Shown: piece by piece, positions 32,801 to 41,553 of the stretch | How positions within the stretch are numbered: the first letter of the stretch is position 1 | Layout: each line of letters begins with the position of its first letter | Source: Acidiferrobacteraceae bacterium | Lineage (GTDB): Bacteria; Pseudomonadota; Gammaproteobacteria; Acidiferrobacterales; SZUA-150 | Direction of reading: 5' to 3' | Assembly (NCBI GenBank): GCA_003228915.1 | Contig: QIGL01000003.1 | Coordinates: forward strand, 4,998 to 68,997 | Length of the DNA stretch: 64,000 nt | Made by a program: the position numbers and the translations under genes | Notes under the pieces: generated by a model | Databases searched by the model: none | What the model saw: the letters and a program-made list of their open reading frames with translations, nothing else | What the model was told of the DNA's origin: nothing

Positions 32801-33305
32801 CACCGGGCGCCATCACCTGGCTGACAGATTGATAACCCGCCTGGTTTAATTGCTGTCTGAAGGTATCCAGGTCGAGTGTTTGCCCGGCGTTCAGAATAAA
32901 AGTATGGCCAGTCACAAATGCGCCCGGGGTTAACCGGTGCATTAATGTGCCGACCGGGGCAATTATTATTCCCTTATTTAGATCGGGTAACTGGTACAGC
33001 GTTTGTAATCGCCTGGAAATAATGTCCTGGTGTGGCGAAAAACTATCATAGGCAAGCGACTCCCAGTCCGGGAAGGCCAGAATTGGTATGGGTTCGTTAT
33101 TTGCAGCAAAAAAGTTTAGTTCGCTTTCTAGCAGTTGCGCCTGGCGTGCGTCGTCAGCGATGACCAGCAAGGGACCCTCATAATTGCGTGCTGTTTCCAG
33201 CAGGGCCAGGCCGCGACTACAGCCATACAAACGACTCCAGCGCACAGGTTTAGAGCCCGTGTAGCGACATTGCGTTAAAAACGAAGTATCTGGTATTGGT
33301 GGCAT
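29811..33305 (-). CDS. mfd: Transcription-repair coupling factor
   Basis: 1164 aa with a UvrB-homology N-terminus and a CarD-like RNAP-interacting domain ('GDPVVHEDHGIGRYLG'). It also has superfamily-2 helicase motifs ('GDVGFGKTEVA', 'DEEHRFG') and a TRG motif. Confidence 0.97.
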   Translation of the reverse strand: MPPIPDTSFLTQCRYTGSKPVRWSRLYGCSRGLALLETARNYEGPLLVIADDARQAQLLESELNFFAANNEPIPILAFPDWESLAYDSFSPHQDIISRRLQTLYQLPDLNKGIIIAPVGTLMHRLTPGAFVTGHTFILNAGQTLDLDTFRQQLNQAGYQSVSQVMAPGEFAVRGGLVDLFPMGSKQPFRLDLFGDELESIRLFDPATQRSGNQLKSIRLLPAREFPTSEVGINNFRQRFRSRFEGDPQKNSLYRDVSNGLMPPGIEYYLPLYFEQLESIFDYLPKKSLVVVTETTYHLARDFQSEVAERYAERKLFREKPVLKPECLFLDADRFFAEISHWPRIALLDFQANESETINIPGFESAGLSRFDSLPPPQLQVDAHSDNPYQQLFNFIKKSGKRILIVAETTGRRETLRSLLKANKIDVEVFDHWHGFIGDACKVGLTTGELEKGLELDNPNITIICEAQLYGARASQKRRRSETARDPDVIIRNLAELKSGDPVVHEDHGIGRYLGLQSMDVGDGLTEFLTLAYAGGDKLYIPVVSLHLVSRYTGINPDSTPLHKLGGEAWEKAKRRAQKKAHDAAVELLDVQAKRSAGIGHQCKIDSVAYDHFKQLFPFEETPDQEKAIEDVLADMCQPKPMDRLVCGDVGFGKTEVALRATFAAVNSGKQVAILVPTTLLAQQHYQNFLDRFSDEAVNIELLSRFKTKKEIEQTIKNITNGKADIVIGTHRLLQPDIKFKAIGLIVVDEEHRFGVRHKEKLKSMRATVDILTLTATPIPRTLNMALSGMRDISIIATAPEERLSVKTFVYENNNALIREACIREIRRGGQVYILHNEVRTMQKTERDLAELVPEANIRIAHGQMPERQLENVMLDFYHQRFNVLLCTTIIESGIDVPSANTIIIHRADKFGLAQLHQLRGRVGRSHHRAYAYLMIPSRKSITADARKRLDAISALEDLGAGFALASNDLEIRGAGEILGEQQSGEINEIGFTLYSELLNRAIETLKAGGQLEIDTHTHSGTEINIHAPTLFPDAYLPDVHIRLVLYKRVANAKNPEALKLLKEEIIDRFGLLPEEGLLLFKVTQLKLLASAIGIRKIDINAKGARFEFESHPSVDSSRIIQLLQSQPKKFRLEGPDKLRLIDEMPSINDRIIKISEVIEYLKSD

Positions 33306-33536
33306 AGGGTTATTCTTTAACTACACTAGTTTTGCAAGCTTAAATCCTTGAAAAGGCGCGATTCTAGACTGGAATGACAAAAAGAGTAATAAAATATGAA
33401 AAAATAAGCGTTATTTACAAAAAAATTAAAAAAAAATTTGCAATTCCGTAACTTACGACCATACTTTAAAGATTGTTGATAATAATCACGGCTAAGATAC
33501 TATTTCAAAGATGCAATCACTGAGCGGAGGTTGGGG

Positions 33537-34043
33537 ATGAGTAAAAAACCAAAATATACAGTAGGCGATGCTATTTTTTACCCTTCAGCGGGGGTAGGCG
33601 TGATAGAGGCAATCGAAGACTTGTATATAGCAGGATCATGCGATCGTTGTTACGTTATAAAAATTGAGGAAAATAACATTACCGTTAAAGTTCCCAGTTC
33701 AAATTTGGATAAAACAGGCATTCGCCCCTTGCTTGATAGTAAAAAAATCAAAGAATTATACAGAATCCTGAAAGGTAAGGCTGGCCAGCGCGTGACTGGC
33801 GGCAACTGGACCGAACGCTGCAAAGAGCTGGAACGTAAAATTAATAAAGGCAGCGCCATGGAATTGGGTGAAGTGGTGCGTGACTTAATGCGCTGGAAAA
33901 CACAAACAGGCCTGTCTTTTGAGGAGTCCATGTTACTGGAGACTGCCTCTAATTTCCTGGCCGCCGAACTGGCCTCAATTCAAGGCGTGTCATCAGCTTC
34001 CGCTGTTGATACTATTCAGACTCAGGTTGGCGTGGCTGCTTGA
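33537..34043 (+). CDS. CarD/CdnL-family RNA-polymerase-binding transcription factor
   Basis: 168 aa from the ATG at 33537, with a GGAGG 6 nt upstream. The N-terminal 'VGDAIFYPSAGVGVIEAI' Tudor-like RNAP-interacting domain is followed by a helical C-terminal domain. Confidence 0.85.
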   Translation: MSKKPKYTVGDAIFYPSAGVGVIEAIEDLYIAGSCDRCYVIKIEENNITVKVPSSNLDKTGIRPLLDSKKIKELYRILKGKAGQRVTGGNWTERCKELERKINKGSAMELGEVVRDLMRWKTQTGLSFEESMLLETASNFLAAELASIQGVSSASAVDTIQTQVGVAA

Positions 34044-34105
34044 GTAAATTATTTGCTTTCAGTCATCTGGCTATCAAAACAACTTTTACAGGCCCTATAT
34101 AGCAA

Positions 34106-34822
34106 GTGTCATCCGGAATTTGGGTTCTGGTGCCTGCCGCTGGAACCGGTTCCCGGATGGGCGCAGACCGTCCCAAACAATACCTTTCATTGGCAGGATC
34201 CACGGTTCTGTCACATACCCTCACACGTTTACTCAATTGCCCTAAAATAACTGGTGTTATGGTGGGACTATCAGCTGATGATGCCTATTGGCCTGTATGT
34301 GAAAACGAACTTACGATCTCAGCCCAATTCAAAGGCACCTATATAGGGGGCGAAACCAGGGCTGAGACCGTTTTAAGGGGTTGTCAGGCCTTATTAGAGG
34401 TTGGCAATGAGCGTGACTGGGTTTTGGTGCACGATGCTGCCAGACCCTGTATCAGGACCTCAGATGTGCAGAATTTAATTAAAACCATCCAGCAAAACAA
34501 TCATGACGGCGGCCTGCTTGGGTTACCAATTAATGATACTGTCAAAAGAACCGATCCTGACCAGCTTGTGGTTGCAACGATACCACGGGCAGGGTTATGG
34601 CGCGCCCAGACCCCGCAGATGTTTCGCTTGGGGCAATTACTACAAGCATTAACGCTGGTAGAAAATGAAGGACACGAGGTCACTGATGAGGCCCAGGCCA
34701 TGGCCCACATTGGCATCCAGGCGGTAATGGTTACCGGCAGTGAAGATAATATTAAAATTACCCATCCGCAGGATCTGGATCTGGCAACCAGGCACCTGGA
34801 GCAGCAAAAACAGGAGGTTTAA
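34106..34822 (+). CDS. ispD: 2-C-methyl-D-erythritol 4-phosphate cytidylyltransferase
   Basis: 238 aa with a GTG start, 'VPAAGTGSRMG...PKQY' and 'VHDAARP'. Confidence 0.93.
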   Translation: MSSGIWVLVPAAGTGSRMGADRPKQYLSLAGSTVLSHTLTRLLNCPKITGVMVGLSADDAYWPVCENELTISAQFKGTYIGGETRAETVLRGCQALLEVGNERDWVLVHDAARPCIRTSDVQNLIKTIQQNNHDGGLLGLPINDTVKRTDPDQLVVATIPRAGLWRAQTPQMFRLGQLLQALTLVENEGHEVTDEAQAMAHIGIQAVMVTGSEDNIKITHPQDLDLATRHLEQQKQEV

Positions 34823-35301
34823 TGCGTATTGGTCATGGATATGATGTGCATGCCCTGGTAACCGACCGGAAACTGGTGCTCGGTGGTGTCCACGTGCCTT
34901 TTGATAAAGGGCTGGATGGTCATTCAGATGCCGATGTCTTGATCCATGCGGTCTGTGATGCCTGCCTCGGTGCCGCTGGCCTGGGTGATATTGGTCAGCA
35001 TTTTCCTGACTCCGATGACAGCCTGAAAAATATCGATAGCCGATTGTTGCTCAGAAAAGTTGAGTTACTTCTGAGAAAGCAAGACCTGCAAGTTGGAAAT
35101 TTAGATTGTACGATACTGGCACAAGCACCCAAATTGTCGACTTATATCGATCAAATGAAGTTGAATTTGGCCGCAGACCTGCAGGTTCCTGCCGAAAACC
35201 TAAATATCAAAGCCACCACCACCGAGGGTCTTGGTTTCATTGGCGAACAAAACGGCATGGCTGCCCATGCTGTTGTGCTCTTAACAGAAACCAGCAAATA
35301 A
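34822..35301 (+). CDS. ispF: 2-C-methyl-D-erythritol 2,4-cyclodiphosphate synthase
   Basis: 159 aa with 'RIGHGYDVH', 'HSDADVL.HA' and 'TTTE.LGF'. Confidence 0.95.
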   Translation: MRIGHGYDVHALVTDRKLVLGGVHVPFDKGLDGHSDADVLIHAVCDACLGAAGLGDIGQHFPDSDDSLKNIDSRLLLRKVELLLRKQDLQVGNLDCTILAQAPKLSTYIDQMKLNLAADLQVPAENLNIKATTTEGLGFIGEQNGMAAHAVVLLTETSK

Positions 35302-35342
35302 AAAGTTTGAATCAATGCCTGTTACTGGATTAACCTCTAACC

Positions 35343-37070
35343 ATGGATAAACCAACACGGTTTTTTTTATATTTTATTATTCTCACGGCCATTTTCATGT
35401 CCAGTGTCTTGCAGGTACCGGTTTATGCTGCAACATTCATTGTTGATAACGCAACAGATACGGTGGATGTGACGCTGGGGGATGGTATATGCGCCGATAG
35501 CTCTGGCAACTGTTCGCTGCGGGCTGCAATCCAGGAATCCAATGCCCTGGCCGGGGCCGATATCATCACCTTACCAGCCGGCACATTTAATCTTGCGCTA
35601 ACAGGGACAGGTGAAGAGCTGGCAGCCACAGGCGATCTTGATATTAACGGCTCGCTTACAATATCTGGTGCGGGGACGAAACTCAGTTTCATTGATGGTC
35701 AGGACCTGGATCGTGTTTTTGATGTGGGTCCCTCGGCAGCTGCCATCACAGTCAGCATGTCCAACCTGGTGATTCGTAATGGCACGGTTACTGGGAATGG
35801 CGGACTCATCAGGAATGTAGCGATACTGTCATTAACTGAAGTTTCACTTGAAAGTGGACAGGCCGCTACCGGCGGTGGTTTGCATACCATTGGTAACCTG
35901 ACAGTCAACAGGAGTTTGCTCAGGGATAATAATGCCAGTGCCGATGGTGGCGGATTTTTCCAGGGCGGCGGCATTACCTCGGTTACCAATTCAACCTTTA
36001 GCGGTAATACTGCCACTGGCAATGGCGGTGGCCTGTACCTGGCCACAGCAGTGACCACGACCCTTGATTATGTGACGATCGCTTTCAATACCGCTGTCAC
36101 CAACGGCGGCGGCGGGTTATATAACGCCGCATCTCTCACGCTTAACAGCACAATAATATCAGACAATACAGTTGAAAATTGCGCCAGTGTCGGCGGGACT
36201 GTCACGACTGATGGCTCAGGTCTTGATAGCGGTAATACCTGTGGACTGACCATGGGCGTTGACCTGGTTAACACTAATCCTGCTCTTGGTGCTTTGGTGG
36301 ACAATGGTGGCGAGACCGCAACCCATAATTTGACGGCTGGCAGTCCTGCAATTGATACGGCGAATGTAACTTGTCCTGGTGTTGATCAACGTAATGTTGT
36401 ACGACCGGTCGATGGCGACAATAGTATGACGGCAGAATGTGATATCGGCGCCTATGAGTGGACGCCAGCAATTGACCTCCAGGTTAGCAATAACCACGAC
36501 AAAGATTGTGTCAAACGTGGCAGAGATGTTACCTACTATATTGGCGTCAGCAACATCGGTACAGGTGATGCCAGCAGCGTGGTGCTGACAGATACTTTAC
36601 CTGCGAGCGCAACATTTATTTCAGCAACCGGGGGCTGCACATTTTTAGCAGGCGTCGTTACCTGTGATGTTGGCATACTGGCAGCAGGTACGAGTCAGAA
36701 TTTTACAATTGTGGTGAATGCGCCAGTCGTCGATTATTTACAGAATACAGTCGCTGTCAATGCTGCAGAACAGGACAATAACCAGGCAAATAACAGCGCC
36801 GTGGAATCTACCAGGATAAATTGCAGTGCTTGTTTTATTGCAACCGCGGCCTATGGTTCGGCCTGGACCAAAGAAGTAATAAGTTTGCGATTATTCAGAG
36901 ATCAATTTCTTATTAACAATAAGACAGGCAGACAACTTGTTTTATTTTACTACCGGGTTAGCCCGGTACTGGCGGAGGAAATCAGGTCTTCAGAACTATA
37001 TCGGTTGCTGGCAAGGATTTCATTGGCCCCGGTTATCGCGCTGAGTAAACTGCTTACAGGCGACCAATAA
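35343..37070 (+). CDS. Secreted multi-domain protein: CSLREA-type N-terminus, parallel beta-helix (Pmp-like GGG repeats), DUF11-like Ig repeat and a 'CFIATAAYGS' C-terminal module
   Basis: 575 aa with a signal peptide and 'GNCSLRAAIQESNA'. It has repeated 'N.A...GGG(L/F)' units, 'LTDTLPASATFISATGGC', and a tail 'CSACFIATAAYGS...LRLFRDQFL'. The gene is visibly more GC-rich than its neighbours. Confidence 0.75.
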   Translation: MDKPTRFFLYFIILTAIFMSSVLQVPVYAATFIVDNATDTVDVTLGDGICADSSGNCSLRAAIQESNALAGADIITLPAGTFNLALTGTGEELAATGDLDINGSLTISGAGTKLSFIDGQDLDRVFDVGPSAAAITVSMSNLVIRNGTVTGNGGLIRNVAILSLTEVSLESGQAATGGGLHTIGNLTVNRSLLRDNNASADGGGFFQGGGITSVTNSTFSGNTATGNGGGLYLATAVTTTLDYVTIAFNTAVTNGGGGLYNAASLTLNSTIISDNTVENCASVGGTVTTDGSGLDSGNTCGLTMGVDLVNTNPALGALVDNGGETATHNLTAGSPAIDTANVTCPGVDQRNVVRPVDGDNSMTAECDIGAYEWTPAIDLQVSNNHDKDCVKRGRDVTYYIGVSNIGTGDASSVVLTDTLPASATFISATGGCTFLAGVVTCDVGILAAGTSQNFTIVVNAPVVDYLQNTVAVNAAEQDNNQANNSAVESTRINCSACFIATAAYGSAWTKEVISLRLFRDQFLINNKTGRQLVLFYYRVSPVLAEEIRSSELYRLLARISLAPVIALSKLLTGDQ

Positions 37071-37116
37071 TGCGCATACGTTTGTTGGTGTTCATTCTTT
37101 AAATACACCCAATACT

Positions 37117-37980
37117 TTAATATCCCCAATACTTTTCAAGCATTTTTGACTGACCTGAATATATTTTTGCGTTAGCCGGATCAAATTGTGAGAAGCCTAT
37201 TTCTTTTAACATTTTTTGACCATCCGGTGATTTATTTGCAGTAATAAGCGCGTTCCTTATTTTTGCCACTGTGCTGGCGCTCATATTCGGGGAAGCAGAG
37301 AGTGCAATATGTGGTGCTGGCTCTGTTACCATTACCACAGATATGTCATTGCCTTCCGCCATTGTCCTCGAGACAAGTGGTGTTGGAATGATAGCTGCAA
37401 AAACATCTTTGTTGAGCAATAGTTTGATACCTTTGTCGGCATTCGCTACTTCTACAATTATAGGTTGACGCATCGGGTTTGGAAATAACGCATCGAGTCT
37501 TGCCGCACCAATACTTGGAGAACCTAGTGTTGCAATTCTTTTGCCAACCAGTTCTGACGGATCAAAGATAAAATTCTCCGCTAAAACAATCAGGCTGTAA
37601 CTGACGCTGTCCGGGATTTTTGCCAGCACTTTAAAACCATATTTTTTACTACGATAGTCAGTGAAATGTGCTGCATCCAGTATCAGGTCATAACTTTTAG
37701 CGCGCCTGACAGTATCCCAGTAGGCCATGAAGTTTGGCATGGTTTTTACGACTACCGTTTTGCCTGTAATTTTAGATAAATATTCAGCCAGTGGCTTGAA
37801 CGCTTTTTTGGTTTTAGCTTCCGAAAGAACTGGCTGAATGGCAAGTTCCAGTATATCGCCATCTGCATAGGCTGAAGCGGTTTGGATTCCACTTGCAAGC
37901 AAGACAATCGATATAGCGGTGCTTAGGATAATCCTGGGCAGGTTGCCAACTTTGTTTGTTGCACATTTCGAATACGACAT
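37117..37980 (-). CDS. PhnD-family periplasmic substrate-binding protein (orphan; no permease or ATPase adjacent)
   Basis: 287 aa with a signal/anchor segment. The type-2 periplasmic-binding-protein pattern ('LELAIQPVLS...FKPLAEYL...') resembles phosphonate-type ABC binding proteins. Confidence 0.7.
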   Translation of the reverse strand: MSYSKCATNKVGNLPRIILSTAISIVLLASGIQTASAYADGDILELAIQPVLSEAKTKKAFKPLAEYLSKITGKTVVVKTMPNFMAYWDTVRRAKSYDLILDAAHFTDYRSKKYGFKVLAKIPDSVSYSLIVLAENFIFDPSELVGKRIATLGSPSIGAARLDALFPNPMRQPIIVEVANADKGIKLLLNKDVFAAIIPTPLVSRTMAEGNDISVVMVTEPAPHIALSASPNMSASTVAKIRNALITANKSPDGQKMLKEIGFSQFDPANAKIYSGQSKMLEKYWGY

Positions 37981-38031
37981 GATACTAACCTCTTAATGCT
38001 GTATTTACTTTAACAATCAGCATCCATGCCC

Positions 38032-38502
38032 TTATTCAAAAGCATCCTCTGCATATTCTGCTTGTTTACTCATGGCCTTACGCCATGCTTCACGTTTTTT
38101 TTCAATCATTTTTTTGGCGGCCAATTCTTCCTTTGAAAAACCTGGTTTGGCCTTGATTTTTGCGCGCACGATTTTTGTCTTTTTAGGTTTATTTACGGTT
38201 GCTACATAAGGATTGTCTTTAATGACTGGTTTTGGTTTATCCAATTGCTTTAATTTTTTGATCGCCAGCGTGTAATTCTGTCTGGCTGATTTTTCATACC
38301 ACATACGGGCAGATTTTAAGTCGACGTCGGTGCCGAGACCTTCTTCGTACATAACACCAAGGAAATACTGGTCATGGGGTTTGCCTTTCAACGCCAGTTT
38401 CATTTGTACTGTAAATAGCCCATTGGCAGCATCTGCTTTGCAGGCCGCAAATGGCGCTGCCATGAGCCCCAGGATAATTATGAATATTTTTAATTTTTTC
38501 AT
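38032..38502 (-). CDS. Secreted Sel1-repeat protein with a lysine-rich tail
   Basis: The ORF is open to 38523. The ATG at 38502 gives the signal peptide 'MKKLKIFIIILGLMAAPFAA'. It has a Sel1-like motif 'YFLGVMYEEGLGTDVDLKSARMWYEKSA' and a K-rich C-terminal half. Confidence 0.65.
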   Translation of the reverse strand: MKKLKIFIIILGLMAAPFAACKADAANGLFTVQMKLALKGKPHDQYFLGVMYEEGLGTDVDLKSARMWYEKSARQNYTLAIKKLKQLDKPKPVIKDNPYVATVNKPKKTKIVRAKIKAKPGFSKEELAAKKMIEKKREAWRKAMSKQAEYAEDAFE

Positions 38503-39136
38503 CTCCAGTCTATTCCTAGTCAATTTTTTAAATAACTAGTTTTTAATATGCATATAACGTGCCTAATTCCAATAATTTGTCTGGAATAACCGTTAACTAC
38601 ATGAATAAAAAGAATTTAATTGGCTAGAAAGGTTGTAATTCGAGAACACAGTTGAGTTAGTTGTTTTGAACTTTACTTATAAAATCATCTCTAAATTAAG
38701 GTCATACCCGTGCCGTTACTTGAGTGCAGCCTAAAAATGAAAAGTAGAGATTTTTAACAAGATTTTATTGATTGGGCGATATTAATTAATTTTATCACAC
38801 CAGTCACGCCAAGGCTCTCGTTGCTTGAGCCAGGAAAAGGACGGGGTATTAATTTTAAATCGACACAGGCAGATGTTGCAAAAAAATGAGGATGTATTTA
38901 ATACTTTTCCGGATTACGAAAAGAAAAAAATATGCCAATAAAAACAGTTAGAACTAATTAATTAAGTTTATTAATAATTATTAGGTATTTAGTGATGAGT
39001 GTTATTACTGATTGTTGTAATAATTAATTACCCTTAATGATCGTGTGTGTAATTAGTGATAGCCACATAAAAGAAAAAGGGGTAGTTTGTAATCTAACCG
39101 TGTTTGTATAGCAGTTGCTTGCCAAAGGAGACCATC

Positions 39137-39649
39137 ATGAAAAGGCGAATGTATATCCTGATTCCCACCTTGAAAGAAACCAAATCAACGTTCCGTGATA
39201 TGTTGCTTGCCCGTGTCCCTGATCATAATATTCATATACTGGCGAAACGAGGAACACAGCTCGGGGATTTACCTGAAGCAACCATGTTCCAGAAAACTGA
39301 TGTGTTCCATGGCGCAGAGCTGGGCCTGGCAGTTGGCGGTATACTAGGTGTACTAGTGGGCGTTTATTTCCTTAATTTTCCGCCTGACGGCTTACCAATA
39401 GGGACGGGAATTATCCTGGCACTTGGATTGTTTGGTGCTGTATTTGGAACCTGGGTAGCAGCGCTGATTGGCGTGGGTGCGCCTAATAGCCAATTGGTCA
39501 GGTTTGAAAAATCAATTGAGGACGGCCAGTTTCTGATGATGATCGATATTCCCAAAAATAAAGTTGAGGCAGTATCGGAAATTATTGAAAAAAGACATCC
39601 CGAGGCGCTTAACAAGGGTGTTGAGCCGACTATGCCGGCATTTCCTTAA
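39137..39649 (+). CDS. Membrane protein with a central glycine-zipper TM pair (DUF1269-like)
   Basis: The ATG at 39137 is preceded by AAGGAG at 39125-39130. Two soluble halves flank 'GAELGLAVGGILGVLVGV...GIILALGLFGAVFGTWVAALIGVG'. Confidence 0.6.
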   Translation: MKRRMYILIPTLKETKSTFRDMLLARVPDHNIHILAKRGTQLGDLPEATMFQKTDVFHGAELGLAVGGILGVLVGVYFLNFPPDGLPIGTGIILALGLFGAVFGTWVAALIGVGAPNSQLVRFEKSIEDGQFLMMIDIPKNKVEAVSEIIEKRHPEALNKGVEPTMPAFP

Positions 39650-39663
39650 CGCATAGTTCGTTT

Positions 39664-40221
39664 TTAACCTGGTAATTTTTTTAGTAAAATATAAACCGCG
39701 CCGGTGCCACCATCCTGGCGAGGTGCCGAACAAAATGCCAGCACGTCATCGCGCTGTTTGAGCCAGCTGTTTACCATGCCTTTTAGCACCGGTAGCTTAC
39801 CGGGTGAACCCAGACCTTTTCCGTGAATCACTCGCACACAGCGTAGCCCCTGTTTTCTGGAAGTCACGAGAAAGTCTACAAGCGACTCTCTTGCCTCCGG
39901 CACAATCATACGGTGTAAATCCAGCTGTGCTTCGATTGAATACTGACCCTTACGCAATTTGCGCATAACATTATTCTGAATGCCCGGCCGCTGAAATAAT
40001 AATTCTTCACCAGACTCAATTTCTTCCGAGACATGATCCGAAAGCAGGCTGTCCATCACATCCTGGTCGTCCTCAATACGTTTAGTTGGTACTGCTTTTT
40101 TTTTAGTGCGATAGGGCGACACTTTATCCTGGGGTATAGGGCGCACGTCATTGATCGCCTGCTTGAACAGATCGTCTCCAGGGCCGTTGTCTTTATTTTT
40201 ATCTTTATTATTACTGTTCAA
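39664..40221 (-). CDS. smrA: Smr-domain protein (SmrA/YdaL-like endonuclease)
   Basis: 185 aa with a C-terminal Smr domain: 'LDLHRM....A...L..F......G.RCVRVIHGKG' and 'GGTGAVYILL'. Confidence 0.85.
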   Translation of the reverse strand: MNSNNKDKNKDNGPGDDLFKQAINDVRPIPQDKVSPYRTKKKAVPTKRIEDDQDVMDSLLSDHVSEEIESGEELLFQRPGIQNNVMRKLRKGQYSIEAQLDLHRMIVPEARESLVDFLVTSRKQGLRCVRVIHGKGLGSPGKLPVLKGMVNSWLKQRDDVLAFCSAPRQDGGTGAVYILLKKLPG

Positions 40222-40301
40222 GGTTTGTATCTTAATGTGAAAGTCTCAGACAGATTCTATTTAGCTTGATTTTGTTTAATTAGATTTTATTTGTTAAGTT
40301 T

Positions 40302-41285
<984 letters not shown>

Positions 41286-41553
41286 TTATTATTTCTTAAA
41301 CTGAAAATACTATGACCATGTTCAACGGCATATGTTCCAATATTACGTGATGGCAAGGCCAGGGGAAAGCATGGCCAAGTTATGACAATCTGCAGATCCC
41401 TTGTATTCAGGGTGTTGTGAGAGAGGTTATTGCCGCTAGTCGGCCATAAAGCCAGTTTTAGTAAACTGGCCAACCGGTGATTTTTAAACAGGCCTTGGCT
41501 TAGCGGCCATAAAAGGCGAGAATCAGCTAAATCCGTTGTAAGAAAAGAGAATT

